A stretch of 32,000 bases of DNA from Flavobacteriaceae bacterium NBU2973 (lineage in GTDB: Bacteria; Bacteroidota; Bacteroidia; Flavobacteriales; Flavobacteriaceae), in contig JAOEIQ010000005.1 of assembly GCA_026162565.1 (NCBI GenBank), forward strand, positions 226,624 to 258,623, in the 5' to 3' direction. The translations under genes were made by a program, and so were the position numbers. Positions 1 through 7,089 of this stretch are shown piece after piece. Position 1 is the first letter of the stretch; every line of letters begins with the position of its first letter. The notes below the pieces were generated by a model. That model worked only from the letters and a program-made list of their open reading frames with translations. It made no database searches and had not been told where the DNA came from.

Positions 1-1222
1 ATTGTATCAATCCAAATTTACTTGGTGGCAAAATCTTGTGTTTTGCTCTATCATCTTTCATTTCATCACGAAGATGATTAAATAGCTTACGTCTGTTTTC
101 TGCTTTCCCCATGTCTATAAAGTCTACTACCACAATGCCTCCCATATCACGCAATCGTAATTGTCGAGCAATTTCTGAAGCTGCAATAAGGTTAACTTCT
201 AATGCAGTGTCTTCTTGGTTTTTAGCTTTATTGGATCTGTTTCCACTATTTACATCTATAACATGTAATGCTTCTGTGTGCTCGATAACTAAATAAGCAC
301 CTTTAGCTGTAGATACAGTGCGTCCAAATGACGTTTTAATTTGTCTTTCAATTCCATATTTTTCAAATATTGGAACATTAGATTGATATAACTTAACTAT
401 TGATTCTTTTTTTGGTGCAATTTCTTGCACATAATCTTTAATTTGAATGTAAAGCGCTTCATCATCAACTGTAATAGAAGTAAAGGTATCGTTGAATATA
501 TCTCTTAAAATTGAAGAGGCTTTATTCATTTCTCCTAAAACTTTACTAGGATGATGTGCTTTGTGTAGCTTCTTGCACATTGCGGTCCAACGACCTAGCA
601 AATTTTGCAAGTCTCTGTCTAATTCTGCTACTTTTTTGCCTTCTGCGACTGTACGTACGATAACACCAAACCCTTTAGGTGTGATGCTTCTTACCAATCT
701 TTTTAAACGATCTTTTTCTTCTTTAGATTCAATTTTTTGAGAAATTGAAACACGATCAGAAAAAGGGACTAAAACAATATATCGTCCAGCTATTGAAAGT
801 TCTGAACTTAATCTTGGTCCTTTTGTAGAGATTGGTTCTTTAACGATTTGTACGAGAAGCGATTGATTTGATTTTAAAGCATCGGCAATACTACCGTCTT
901 TATCAATATCTTTTTCAAATGGGAAATCCTTTAAAGAATAGTCATTAAGTTTACCTGTGCTTACACGTTTTACGAATTTTAAAAGGGAAGGGAGTTTAGG
1001 GCCTAAATCATGATAATGCAGAAATGCATCTTTTTCATATCCTACATTAACAAATGCAGCATTTAGTCCCGGAACCGTTTTCCGTATTTTGGCAATAAAA
1101 ATATCACCTACAGAAAATTTGTTATCATCTTCATCTTTTTGTAATTCAATAAGTTTTCCATCTTTTAGTAAGGCAAAATCAACATTATCAGAATTAGAAC
1201 GAATAATCAATTCTTTATTCAT
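1..1222 (-). CDS. rng: RNase E/G family ribonuclease (Rng/CafA-like), 5' part of the gene; C-terminus lies beyond the window edge
   Basis: Manual translation of the minus strand from ATG (complement of 1220-1222) is open to position 1. It reads MNKELIIRSNSDNVDFALLKDGKLIELQKD..FSVGDIFIAKIRKTVPGLNAAFVNVGYEKDAFLHYHDL (S1-like) ..ALHVIDVNSGN..DMGGIVVVDFIDM, typical of the RNase E/G catalytic core. It is absent from the ORF track because it runs off the window. Confidence 0.85.
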   Translation of the reverse strand, partial: MNKELIIRSNSDNVDFALLKDGKLIELQKDEDDNKFSVGDIFIAKIRKTVPGLNAAFVNVGYEKDAFLHYHDLGPKLPSLLKFVKRVSTGKLNDYSLKDFPFEKDIDKDGSIADALKSNQSLLVQIVKEPISTKGPRLSSELSIAGRYIVLVPFSDRVSISQKIESKEEKDRLKRLVRSITPKGFGVIVRTVAEGKKVAELDRDLQNLLGRWTAMCKKLHKAHHPSKVLGEMNKASSILRDIFNDTFTSITVDDEALYIQIKDYVQEIAPKKESIVKLYQSNVPIFEKYGIERQIKTSFGRTVSTAKGAYLVIEHTEALHVIDVNSGNRSNKAKNQEDTALEVNLIAASEIARQLRLRDMGGIVVVDFIDMGKAENRRKLFNHLRDEMKDDRAKHKILPPSKFGLIQ

Positions 1223-1364
1223 ACAGTTAATTTTTATCTATTTCAATTTTTAAGAAACAGATGGATTAAACATTTATTTGATCACAGGATTTTTATCCTA
1301 TAAAATTCTTATGCTTTGTTGGTAAAACGTAAACGCATAGAATTTAATATCAAAGAACGATTTT

Positions 1365-1404
1365 TAATAAAATTGAAAAAGTAGTTAAAAAAACTACTTT
1401 TCAA
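1365..1404 (-). terminator. Intrinsic terminator after the 30-aa ORF / HU unit
   Basis: Inverted repeat ttgaaaaagtagtt (1373-1386) / aactacttttcaa (1392-1404) with an A5 loop. On the minus strand the hairpin is followed by a U-rich tract. Confidence 0.6.
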
Positions 1405-1405
1405 T

Positions 1406-1498
1406 TTATTTTTTCTTTTTGTGACGGTTAGCGCGTCTTCTTTTTTTACGCTTATGCGTCGCTACCTTGTGTCTTTTTCTTTTTTTACCACTTGGCAT
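1406..1498 (-). CDS. 30-aa extremely basic peptide MPSGKKRKRHKVATHKRKKRRRANRHKKKK (bS22-like small ribosomal protein candidate)
   Basis: ATG at complement 1496-1498 and TAA at complement 1406-1408. It lies 34 nt downstream of HU on the same strand and is followed by a strong hairpin. It is below the ORF-track size cutoff. Composition resembles the bS22 (AURKAIP1/COX24-like) Lys/Arg-rich micro-protein family. Confidence 0.6.
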   Translation of the reverse strand: MPSGKKRKRHKVATHKRKKRRRANRHKKKK

Positions 1499-1532
1499 AA
1501 ATAAATTCTTTTAAAATTAATATTTCTTTCAG

Positions 1533-1823
1533 TTATTTTACTGCAACATTCGTTTTCACGCCGTCAACAAATACTTTTGCTGGCTTAAAGGCAGGAATGT
1601 TGTGTGCAGGTATTTTAATCGTTGTGTTTTTTGAAATGTTTCTGCCTGTTTTTTCAGCTCTCTTTTTAATAATAAAACTTCCAAATCCTCTTAAATAAAC
1701 ATTATCTCCAGACTCTAAAGAGTTTTTAACTTCGTCCATAAAAGATTCTACAGTTGCCTGTACATCTCCTTTTTCAATTCCTAGCTTTTCAGAAATTTTT
1801 GATACAATATCAGCTTTAGTCAT
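1533..1823 (-). CDS. hup: HU family DNA-binding protein
   Basis: 96 aa. MTKADIVSKISEKLGI..VESFMDEVKNSL..VYLRGFGSFIIKKRAEKTGRNISKNTTIKIPAHNIPAFKPAK is a classic HU/IHF fold signature. Confidence 0.93.
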   Translation of the reverse strand: MTKADIVSKISEKLGIEKGDVQATVESFMDEVKNSLESGDNVYLRGFGSFIIKKRAEKTGRNISKNTTIKIPAHNIPAFKPAKVFVDGVKTNVAVK

Positions 1824-1862
1824 CGTAATTAGTTTTAGGGTTACTATTAATTATTAGGGATG

Positions 1863-1870
1863 CAAATATA
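1863..1870 (-). promoter_or_regulatory. Bacteroidota -7 box TATATTTG (TAnnTTTG) for HU, with TTG 21 nt upstream
   Basis: The reverse complement of caaatata matches TAnnTTTG. It lies about 40 nt upstream of the HU start. An upstream TTG is seen in ttaggcTTG. Confidence 0.45.
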
Positions 1871-1928
1871 GGAATTAATAATTCAATTATTCAAGCCTAA
1901 TTAATTAAAATTTAACCTTATAAACCGT

Positions 1929-1936
1929 TATTTTTG
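1929..1936 (+). promoter_or_regulatory. -7 box TATTTTTG upstream of mutY
   Basis: Matches TAnnTTTG 22 nt before the mutY ATG. No clear -33 TTG. Confidence 0.35.
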
Positions 1937-1957
1937 TCGTTTAACTAAAGATTTTAA

Positions 1958-3016
1958 ATGATTTTCACTAAAGTGGTAACCAATTGGTATTCAATTAATA
2001 AACGAAAACTTCCTTGGAGAGGATCTAAAAATCCTTACTTAATATGGCTTTCAGAGATTATTTTACAGCAAACGCAAATTAAACAAGGGCTACCATACTT
2101 TGAAGCTTTTATCACAAATTTCCCTACCGTTTTTGACCTTGCTAATGCTGAGGAAGAACGTGTATTAAAACTTTGGCAAGGTTTGGGCTATTATTCTCGA
2201 GCAAGAAACTTACACACAACTGCAAAATATATAGCGAATGAGTTACATGGTATTTTTCCCAATACTTACAGTGAACTTATACAACTCAAAGGCGTTGGAG
2301 ATTATACAGCAAGTGCTATTGCTTCCATTTGTTTTGATGAAGCCTGTGCGGTTGTAGATGGAAATGTATACAGAGCCTTATCAAGATATTTTGGAATTAA
2401 AACACCTATTAACTCTACAAAAGGGAAAAAAGAGTTTAAGCTTTTGGCACAAAAGCTATTGCCTAAAAGTAATTTTGGAGACTACAATCAAGCAATTATG
2501 GAGTTTGGTGCTAAACAGTGTAAACCATCAAATCCAGATTGCTCAATTTGTCCTTTAAATGATACTTGTATAGCTTTCAATAAAAACTTGATTAAAACAC
2601 TTCCTGTAAAAGAGAAAAAAACAAAAGCTACTAAAAAGTACTTCAATTTTATAGTTTGTATTTCTGAAAATCAAGAAACAATTTTTGAACAGCGATTGCA
2701 AAAAGGGATTTGGCAAAAACTATATCAATTCCCTTTAATTGAATCTAAACAAGACATTAAAACCAGAGAGTTAAATGAAAGATTAAAAGGAGTTGATTAT
2801 TTAAAAGGATCTCATTATACCTTACATTTATATAATGAAGAAGCCATTATTCATAAATTATCTCACCAACATCTTCATTGTAAATTCTGGATTGTTTTAG
2901 TAGATAGACTTCCTGAAAGAGCTATTAAAATAACTGAAATTGAAGAATATCCTGTTCCAGTAATTTTAGAAAAATTTATCTCTTCATTTAATTTTGAGAC
3001 CATTACAATTAATTAA
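1958..3016 (+). CDS. mutY: A/G-specific adenine DNA glycosylase MutY
   Basis: 352 aa. It has an HhH-GPD region (LKGVGDYTASAIASICF), a 4Fe-4S loop (CKPSNPDCSICPLNDTC) and a NUDIX-like C-terminal domain. Confidence 0.93.
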   Translation: MIFTKVVTNWYSINKRKLPWRGSKNPYLIWLSEIILQQTQIKQGLPYFEAFITNFPTVFDLANAEEERVLKLWQGLGYYSRARNLHTTAKYIANELHGIFPNTYSELIQLKGVGDYTASAIASICFDEACAVVDGNVYRALSRYFGIKTPINSTKGKKEFKLLAQKLLPKSNFGDYNQAIMEFGAKQCKPSNPDCSICPLNDTCIAFNKNLIKTLPVKEKKTKATKKYFNFIVCISENQETIFEQRLQKGIWQKLYQFPLIESKQDIKTRELNERLKGVDYLKGSHYTLHLYNEEAIIHKLSHQHLHCKFWIVLVDRLPERAIKITEIEEYPVPVILEKFISSFNFETITIN

Positions 3017-3051
3017 TTTTTATTATTTTTAGATTAGAAACAGGAAATACC

Positions 3052-3059
3052 TAATTTTG
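3052..3059 (+). promoter_or_regulatory. -7 box TAATTTTG upstream of ssb
   Basis: Matches TAnnTTTG 21 nt before the ssb ATG. Confidence 0.35.
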
Positions 3060-3079
3060 CTGTTTTAAAATTTATAAAT

Positions 3080-3526
3080 ATGTCAGGTACGTTAAATAAA
3101 GTGATGCTAATTGGGCACACAGGAGATGAAGTAAAAATGCATTATTTTGAAGGCGGAGGCTGTATTGGTCGTTTTCCGTTAGCTACAAACGAAACTTACA
3201 CCAATAAGCAAACTAACGAGCGTGTTACTAATACTGAATGGCATAATATTGTTGTGAGAAATAAAGCTGCTGAAATTTGTGAAAAATATTTAAAAAAAGG
3301 AGATAGAGTATACATTGAAGGACGTATAAAAAACAGAAAATGGCAAGATGATAATGGTAATGATCGTTACTCTACTGAAATTCAATGTACCGATTTCACT
3401 TTTTTAACAGCAAAAAATGAAAGTGGTAATCAAAATCAAGCCTTTGCTAATACTGCTCAACAACCTGTTCAACCTAATTCAGTAAATGAGCCTATTGGTG
3501 AACAAGATGATGATTTACCTTTTTAA
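3080..3526 (+). CDS. ssb: Single-stranded DNA-binding protein
   Basis: 148 aa. OB-fold N-terminus (LNKVMLIGHTGDEV..TEWHNIVV..GDRVYIEGRIKNRKW), a Q/N-rich linker and an acidic tip DDDLPF. Confidence 0.95.
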   Translation: MSGTLNKVMLIGHTGDEVKMHYFEGGGCIGRFPLATNETYTNKQTNERVTNTEWHNIVVRNKAAEICEKYLKKGDRVYIEGRIKNRKWQDDNGNDRYSTEIQCTDFTFLTAKNESGNQNQAFANTAQQPVQPNSVNEPIGEQDDDLPF

Positions 3527-3534
3527 AACAAAGC

Positions 3535-3542
3535 TAGCTTTG
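3535..3542 (+). promoter_or_regulatory. -7 box TAGCTTTG upstream of gldE, embedded in a 16-bp perfect palindrome
   Basis: Matches TAnnTTTG 20 nt before the gldE ATG. It lies inside ACAAAGCTAGCTTTGT (3528-3543). Confidence 0.3.
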
Positions 3543-3561
3543 TAATGTTTAACTAATATGC

Positions 3562-4869
3562 ATGTCATTGGATCCTGATCCCGAAACCTTATTACTACTT
3601 CTTACAGTTGACATCTCTTCTGTTCTTGGATTTACATTATTATTTGTACTGCTAATTTGTTCTGCTTTAATTTCTGGAGTAGAAGTAGCCTTATTTTCTC
3701 TATCAAAAACAGATATAGATAACGGAATGGCAGTAAACTCAAAAGCTCTAGAAATAGTCTCAAAATTATTAGAACGTCCAAAAAAATTACTTGCCACCAT
3801 ACTTGTTGCAAATAACTTTATAAATATTGGTATTGTTATTTTATTCGCCTATTTAAGTGATTATATCTTTGGCTCGATTAATTCTCCAATCTTAAAATTT
3901 GCTTTAGAAGTTGGTTTAGTAACTTTTTTAATTTTACTATTTGGTGAGATTCTTCCTAAAATTTATGCCAGTAGAAACAATTTAAAATTCGCCATATTTA
4001 TGGCTTATCCTATAAAAGTATTAGACTTTGTGTTTTCTCCTTTGAGTTTACCTATGAGAAGTTTTACCATTACTATAGAAAATAGATTAAAAAAACAAAA
4101 ATCCAACTTAAGCGTCGACCATTTATCTCAAGCTCTAGAGCTCACAAGTGAAGATGATACCACAAAAGAAGAGCAAAAAATACTACAAGGAATTGTATCG
4201 TTTGGTAATACAGATACTAAACAGGTTATGAGACCTCGAATAGATATTTTTGCTTTAGATACTACATTAAAATATACTGAAATTCTTCAAGAAGTCATTA
4301 AAAATGGCTATTCAAGAATTCCTGTATATAAAGATAATATAGATACTGTTGTAGGTGTTTTATATGTTAAAGATTTATTGCCTTACATAGATAGAAAACA
4401 ATTTGACTGGACTACATTACTACGTGAGCCATTTTTTGTTCCTGAAAACAAAAAGCTTGACGATTTAATGGCAGAGTTTCAGGAAAAAAAAGTACATCTA
4501 GCAGTAGTTGTTGACGAATATGGAGGTACATCAGGATTAGTTTCTCTAGAAGATGTTATCGAAGAGATTGTTGGTGATATTAGCGATGAATTTGATGATG
4601 AGGATCTTATTTACTCTAAACTTGATGACAATAATTATGTGTTTGAGGGTAAAACACAATTAAAAGATCTCTATAAAGTTATTAAGCTTGAAGATGAAAC
4701 TATTTTTGAAGACAATAAAGGTGAAGCAGAAACCATTGCAGGATTTGTATTAGAAATTTCTGGTAGCTTCCCTAAAAAAGGAAGTAAAATAAATTTTGAA
4801 AACTATATTTTTACAGTAGAGTCTCTAGACAAAAAGCGCGTTAAACAAGTAAAAATCACTATCAATTGA
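3562..4869 (+). CDS. gldE: Gliding motility-associated protein GldE (CNNM/DUF21 TM domain + CBS pair + CorC_HlyC)
   Basis: 435 aa. N-terminal multi-TM region, CBS-pair region (VMRPRIDIFALD..GYSRIPVY) and a CorC-type C-terminus. It is immediately followed by a GldD-like lipoprotein, as in Flavobacterium johnsoniae gldE-gldD. Confidence 0.8.
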   Translation: MSLDPDPETLLLLLTVDISSVLGFTLLFVLLICSALISGVEVALFSLSKTDIDNGMAVNSKALEIVSKLLERPKKLLATILVANNFINIGIVILFAYLSDYIFGSINSPILKFALEVGLVTFLILLFGEILPKIYASRNNLKFAIFMAYPIKVLDFVFSPLSLPMRSFTITIENRLKKQKSNLSVDHLSQALELTSEDDTTKEEQKILQGIVSFGNTDTKQVMRPRIDIFALDTTLKYTEILQEVIKNGYSRIPVYKDNIDTVVGVLYVKDLLPYIDRKQFDWTTLLREPFFVPENKKLDDLMAEFQEKKVHLAVVVDEYGGTSGLVSLEDVIEEIVGDISDEFDDEDLIYSKLDDNNYVFEGKTQLKDLYKVIKLEDETIFEDNKGEAETIAGFVLEISGSFPKKGSKINFENYIFTVESLDKKRVKQVKITIN

Positions 4870-5453
4870 ATTATTTAAAAACCTTACTTCTCTTTATAAT
4901 TTTAATTACTGTTTTTTACAGCTGTGGTGAACAAGAAGTTCTGCCTAAACCAAAAGCTTATCTGCGCCTGGATTATCCATCTCCAATCTATAAAGATGTG
5001 TCTACACAATTACCTTTTAGTTTTAAAATGAATACTCTAGCTGGCTATGATGTAAACTCTAAACGTTATGGTGATGATTCTATTTTTGGAATCACCATAA
5101 ATTATCCAAGCTTAAAAGGAACTATCTATCTTACTTATAAAAAAGTTACTAAAACCAATTTACGCAGTCTTTTATTAGATGCTCAAAATATCACCCAATC
5201 TCATACTATAAAAGCAAATGAAATTGCGGCAGATTTATTTGAAGATGTTGACCAAAGAGTTTTCGGAATGTTTTATGAAGTAGGTGGTAATGCAGCTTCG
5301 CAATCACAGTTTTATGTAACAGACAGCATTAATCATTTTTTAAATGGCTCGCTGTATTTTTATGCTAAACCAAACTACGATAGTATTTTACCAGCAGCAG
5401 ATTATTTGAAAAACGATATTAGAAAAATTATGGAATCTGTAACATGGGAATAA
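4866..5453 (+). CDS. gldD: Gliding motility lipoprotein GldD
   Basis: 195 aa with lipoprotein signal (LITVFYSCG). The TTG start overlaps the gldE stop (TTGA). Position and size match gldD downstream of gldE. There is no in-frame ATG near the signal peptide. Confidence 0.7.
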   Translation: MNYLKTLLLFIILITVFYSCGEQEVLPKPKAYLRLDYPSPIYKDVSTQLPFSFKMNTLAGYDVNSKRYGDDSIFGITINYPSLKGTIYLTYKKVTKTNLRSLLLDAQNITQSHTIKANEIAADLFEDVDQRVFGMFYEVGGNAASQSQFYVTDSINHFLNGSLYFYAKPNYDSILPAADYLKNDIRKIMESVTWE

Positions 5454-5486
5454 AAAAAGCTCCTCAAGATAATTGAGAAGCTTTTT
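5453..5486. terminator. Bidirectional intrinsic terminator between convergent gldD and the HMA gene
   Basis: aaaaagctcctcaa / ttgagaagcttttt inverted repeat with one C-A mismatch and loop gataa. The A-run and T-run flanks make it work on both strands. Confidence 0.7.
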
Positions 5487-5505
5487 AAATTTTATTTAGT
5501 AATTA

Positions 5506-6003
5506 CTATACTTTTTTAGCACAACAGGCTTTTTCGCAATCAGTAGCGCAAGCCATTTTTTCAGCTTTATCTTTATTAGCACAACATTCTTTTTCACATG
5601 CTTCTTTACAGGCTTTTTTTGCTGTAGAAAAGTTTATAACTGTTTTCATGTCTTCTACCTTGTAAGTATCCGCAACGTTAGTAACTGTTTCTTCAAGTAA
5701 AGTTGGTGTTACACGAGCTTCATCATATTCTACCATTGCTAACTCGCGATCAAAATCTACTTTAGCAGATTTTACACCTTCCATTTTTGCAATTTTCTTT
5801 TCTATAGTTTTTGCACAACCCATTGCACAAGTCATCCCATTAATTGTGAACTCTGCTTTTGCATATGTAGCATTTGGGTCTAATTCTTTTACATCGCTAG
5901 CAGCAGTTTCTAGAGTTTTTACTTCAGGTTGCTCATTGTTTTTACAGGCTATAAAAACCATAACAACCACTAAAAGTGCTACAATATTTTTCAATGTCTT
6001 CAT
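5506..6003 (-). CDS. Heavy-metal-associated (HMA) domain lipoprotein with Cys-rich C-terminal tail
   Basis: 165 aa. Lipobox VFIAC, HMA motif GMTCAMGCAKTIEKKI, and a tail with two CxxxCxxxCC repeats (ACKEACEKECCANK / ACATDCEKACCAKK). Confidence 0.8.
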   Translation of the reverse strand: MKTLKNIVALLVVVMVFIACKNNEQPEVKTLETAASDVKELDPNATYAKAEFTINGMTCAMGCAKTIEKKIAKMEGVKSAKVDFDRELAMVEYDEARVTPTLLEETVTNVADTYKVEDMKTVINFSTAKKACKEACEKECCANKDKAEKMACATDCEKACCAKKV

Positions 6004-6027
6004 AGGTATTAAGTATTAAGTTCGATA

Positions 6028-6035
6028 CAAATCTA
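6028..6035 (-). promoter_or_regulatory. -7 box TAGATTTG for the HMA lipoprotein gene
   Basis: The reverse complement of caaatcta matches TAnnTTTG about 25 nt upstream of the start at 6003. Confidence 0.4.
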
Positions 6036-6092
6036 CTAATTATTGTCGTTTATTGCATTAAAAATCACAATTTTGTGATTGGATTGATAGTT

Positions 6093-6971
6093 ATGAAAAA
6101 CAACAACATAAAGTGGTTTTACCTCATTATTCTTGCTCTTATTTGGGGAAGCTCTTTTATTTTAATTAAAAAATCGCTTTTAGGCTTAACTGCTTTTCAG
6201 TTAGGAGCATTACGTATTTTATTTACTGGAACTTTTTTACTTACTGCTGGTTATAGAACTATTAAAACCATAAAAAAGGAGCACTGGAAATGGATTATCA
6301 TTTCTGGATTATTAGGTTCTTTTTTTCCTGCCTTTCTATTTGCCATAGCCGAGACAGAAATAGATAGTGCTATTGCTTCTATTTTAAATTCATTAGTACC
6401 CTTAAATACCATAATTTTAGGTTTAGCTGTTTTTAAAATTACCTCAACTAAACGTCAAATGTTTGGTGTGATTATTGGTTTTATTGGTACAGCTCTGCTA
6501 ATCTTAAAAGGTGCGGAGTTAAACCCAGAACAAAATTACTTGTATGCTGGTTTTGTAATTGCTTCCACATTAATGTATGCATGCAATGTAAATATTATAA
6601 AAAAGTATTTACAAGATGTAAAACCATTAACAATTGCTGCTGGTAATTTTGCTCCTCTAATGATTCCTGCACTAATAATTTTATTTTCTACAAATTTTTT
6701 TAATGAGGAAACCTATAACAATCCAAACTTAACCATGTCTCTTTTTTATGTTGGGTTATTGTCATTATTTGGGACAGCAATAGCAAAAGTATTATTTAAC
6801 AAACTCGTACAAATATCTACGCCTGTTTTCGCCTCATCTGTAACGTATTTAATGCCATTAGTAGCATTAGTTTGGGGAAGTCTAGATGGTGAAGGATTTA
6901 GCTGGACTCAAGGTTTAGCAACAATCATTATTCTTTTAGGAGTATATTTATCTCACAAAAGAAAAGCATAA
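6093..6971 (+). CDS. EamA/DMT-superfamily transporter
   Basis: About 10 predicted TM helices in two EamA-like halves. The ORF track starts at GTG 6075, but that codon lies inside an 18-bp palindrome, so ATG 6093 (MKNNNIKW...) is preferred. Confidence 0.8.
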   Translation: MKNNNIKWFYLIILALIWGSSFILIKKSLLGLTAFQLGALRILFTGTFLLTAGYRTIKTIKKEHWKWIIISGLLGSFFPAFLFAIAETEIDSAIASILNSLVPLNTIILGLAVFKITSTKRQMFGVIIGFIGTALLILKGAELNPEQNYLYAGFVIASTLMYACNVNIIKKYLQDVKPLTIAAGNFAPLMIPALIILFSTNFFNEETYNNPNLTMSLFYVGLLSLFGTAIAKVLFNKLVQISTPVFASSVTYLMPLVALVWGSLDGEGFSWTQGLATIIILLGVYLSHKRKA

Positions 6972-7003
6972 AAAAATCCGAAACTTTCGCTTCGGATTTT
7001 TTA
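6972..7003 (+). terminator. Intrinsic terminator after the EamA gene
   Basis: aaaaatccgaa / ttcggattttt stem with loop actttcgc and a T-run. Confidence 0.75.
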
Positions 7004-7089
7004 TGTTATATAGATTCTCTTTTACAAGGGAATTAGTTCAACTAGCAAAATCTAATTCGCTATGCTTTTAAATTTTTATTTACTGTTTG

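Noticed and set aside
111-296. 61-aa ORF from the track on the plus strand
   Set aside because: It lies entirely antisense to the well-supported RNase E/G coding frame and has no recognisable motif. I treat it as a shadow ORF.
2358-2558. 66-aa ORF in an alternative frame inside mutY
   Set aside because: It is embedded in the conserved mutY frame (the HhH-GPD / Fe-S loop region), and there is no independent support.
3549-3800. 83-aa minus-strand ORF
   Set aside because: It is antisense to the gldE N-terminal TM region and has low-complexity, non-conserved-looking sequence.
6063-6080. The palindrome halves TCACA/TGTGA resemble CRP half-sites
   Set aside because: The half-sites are in everted order with 4-bp spacing, not TGTGA-N6-TCACA, so it is not a CRP/FNR-type site. 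It is kept only as a generic operator candidate.
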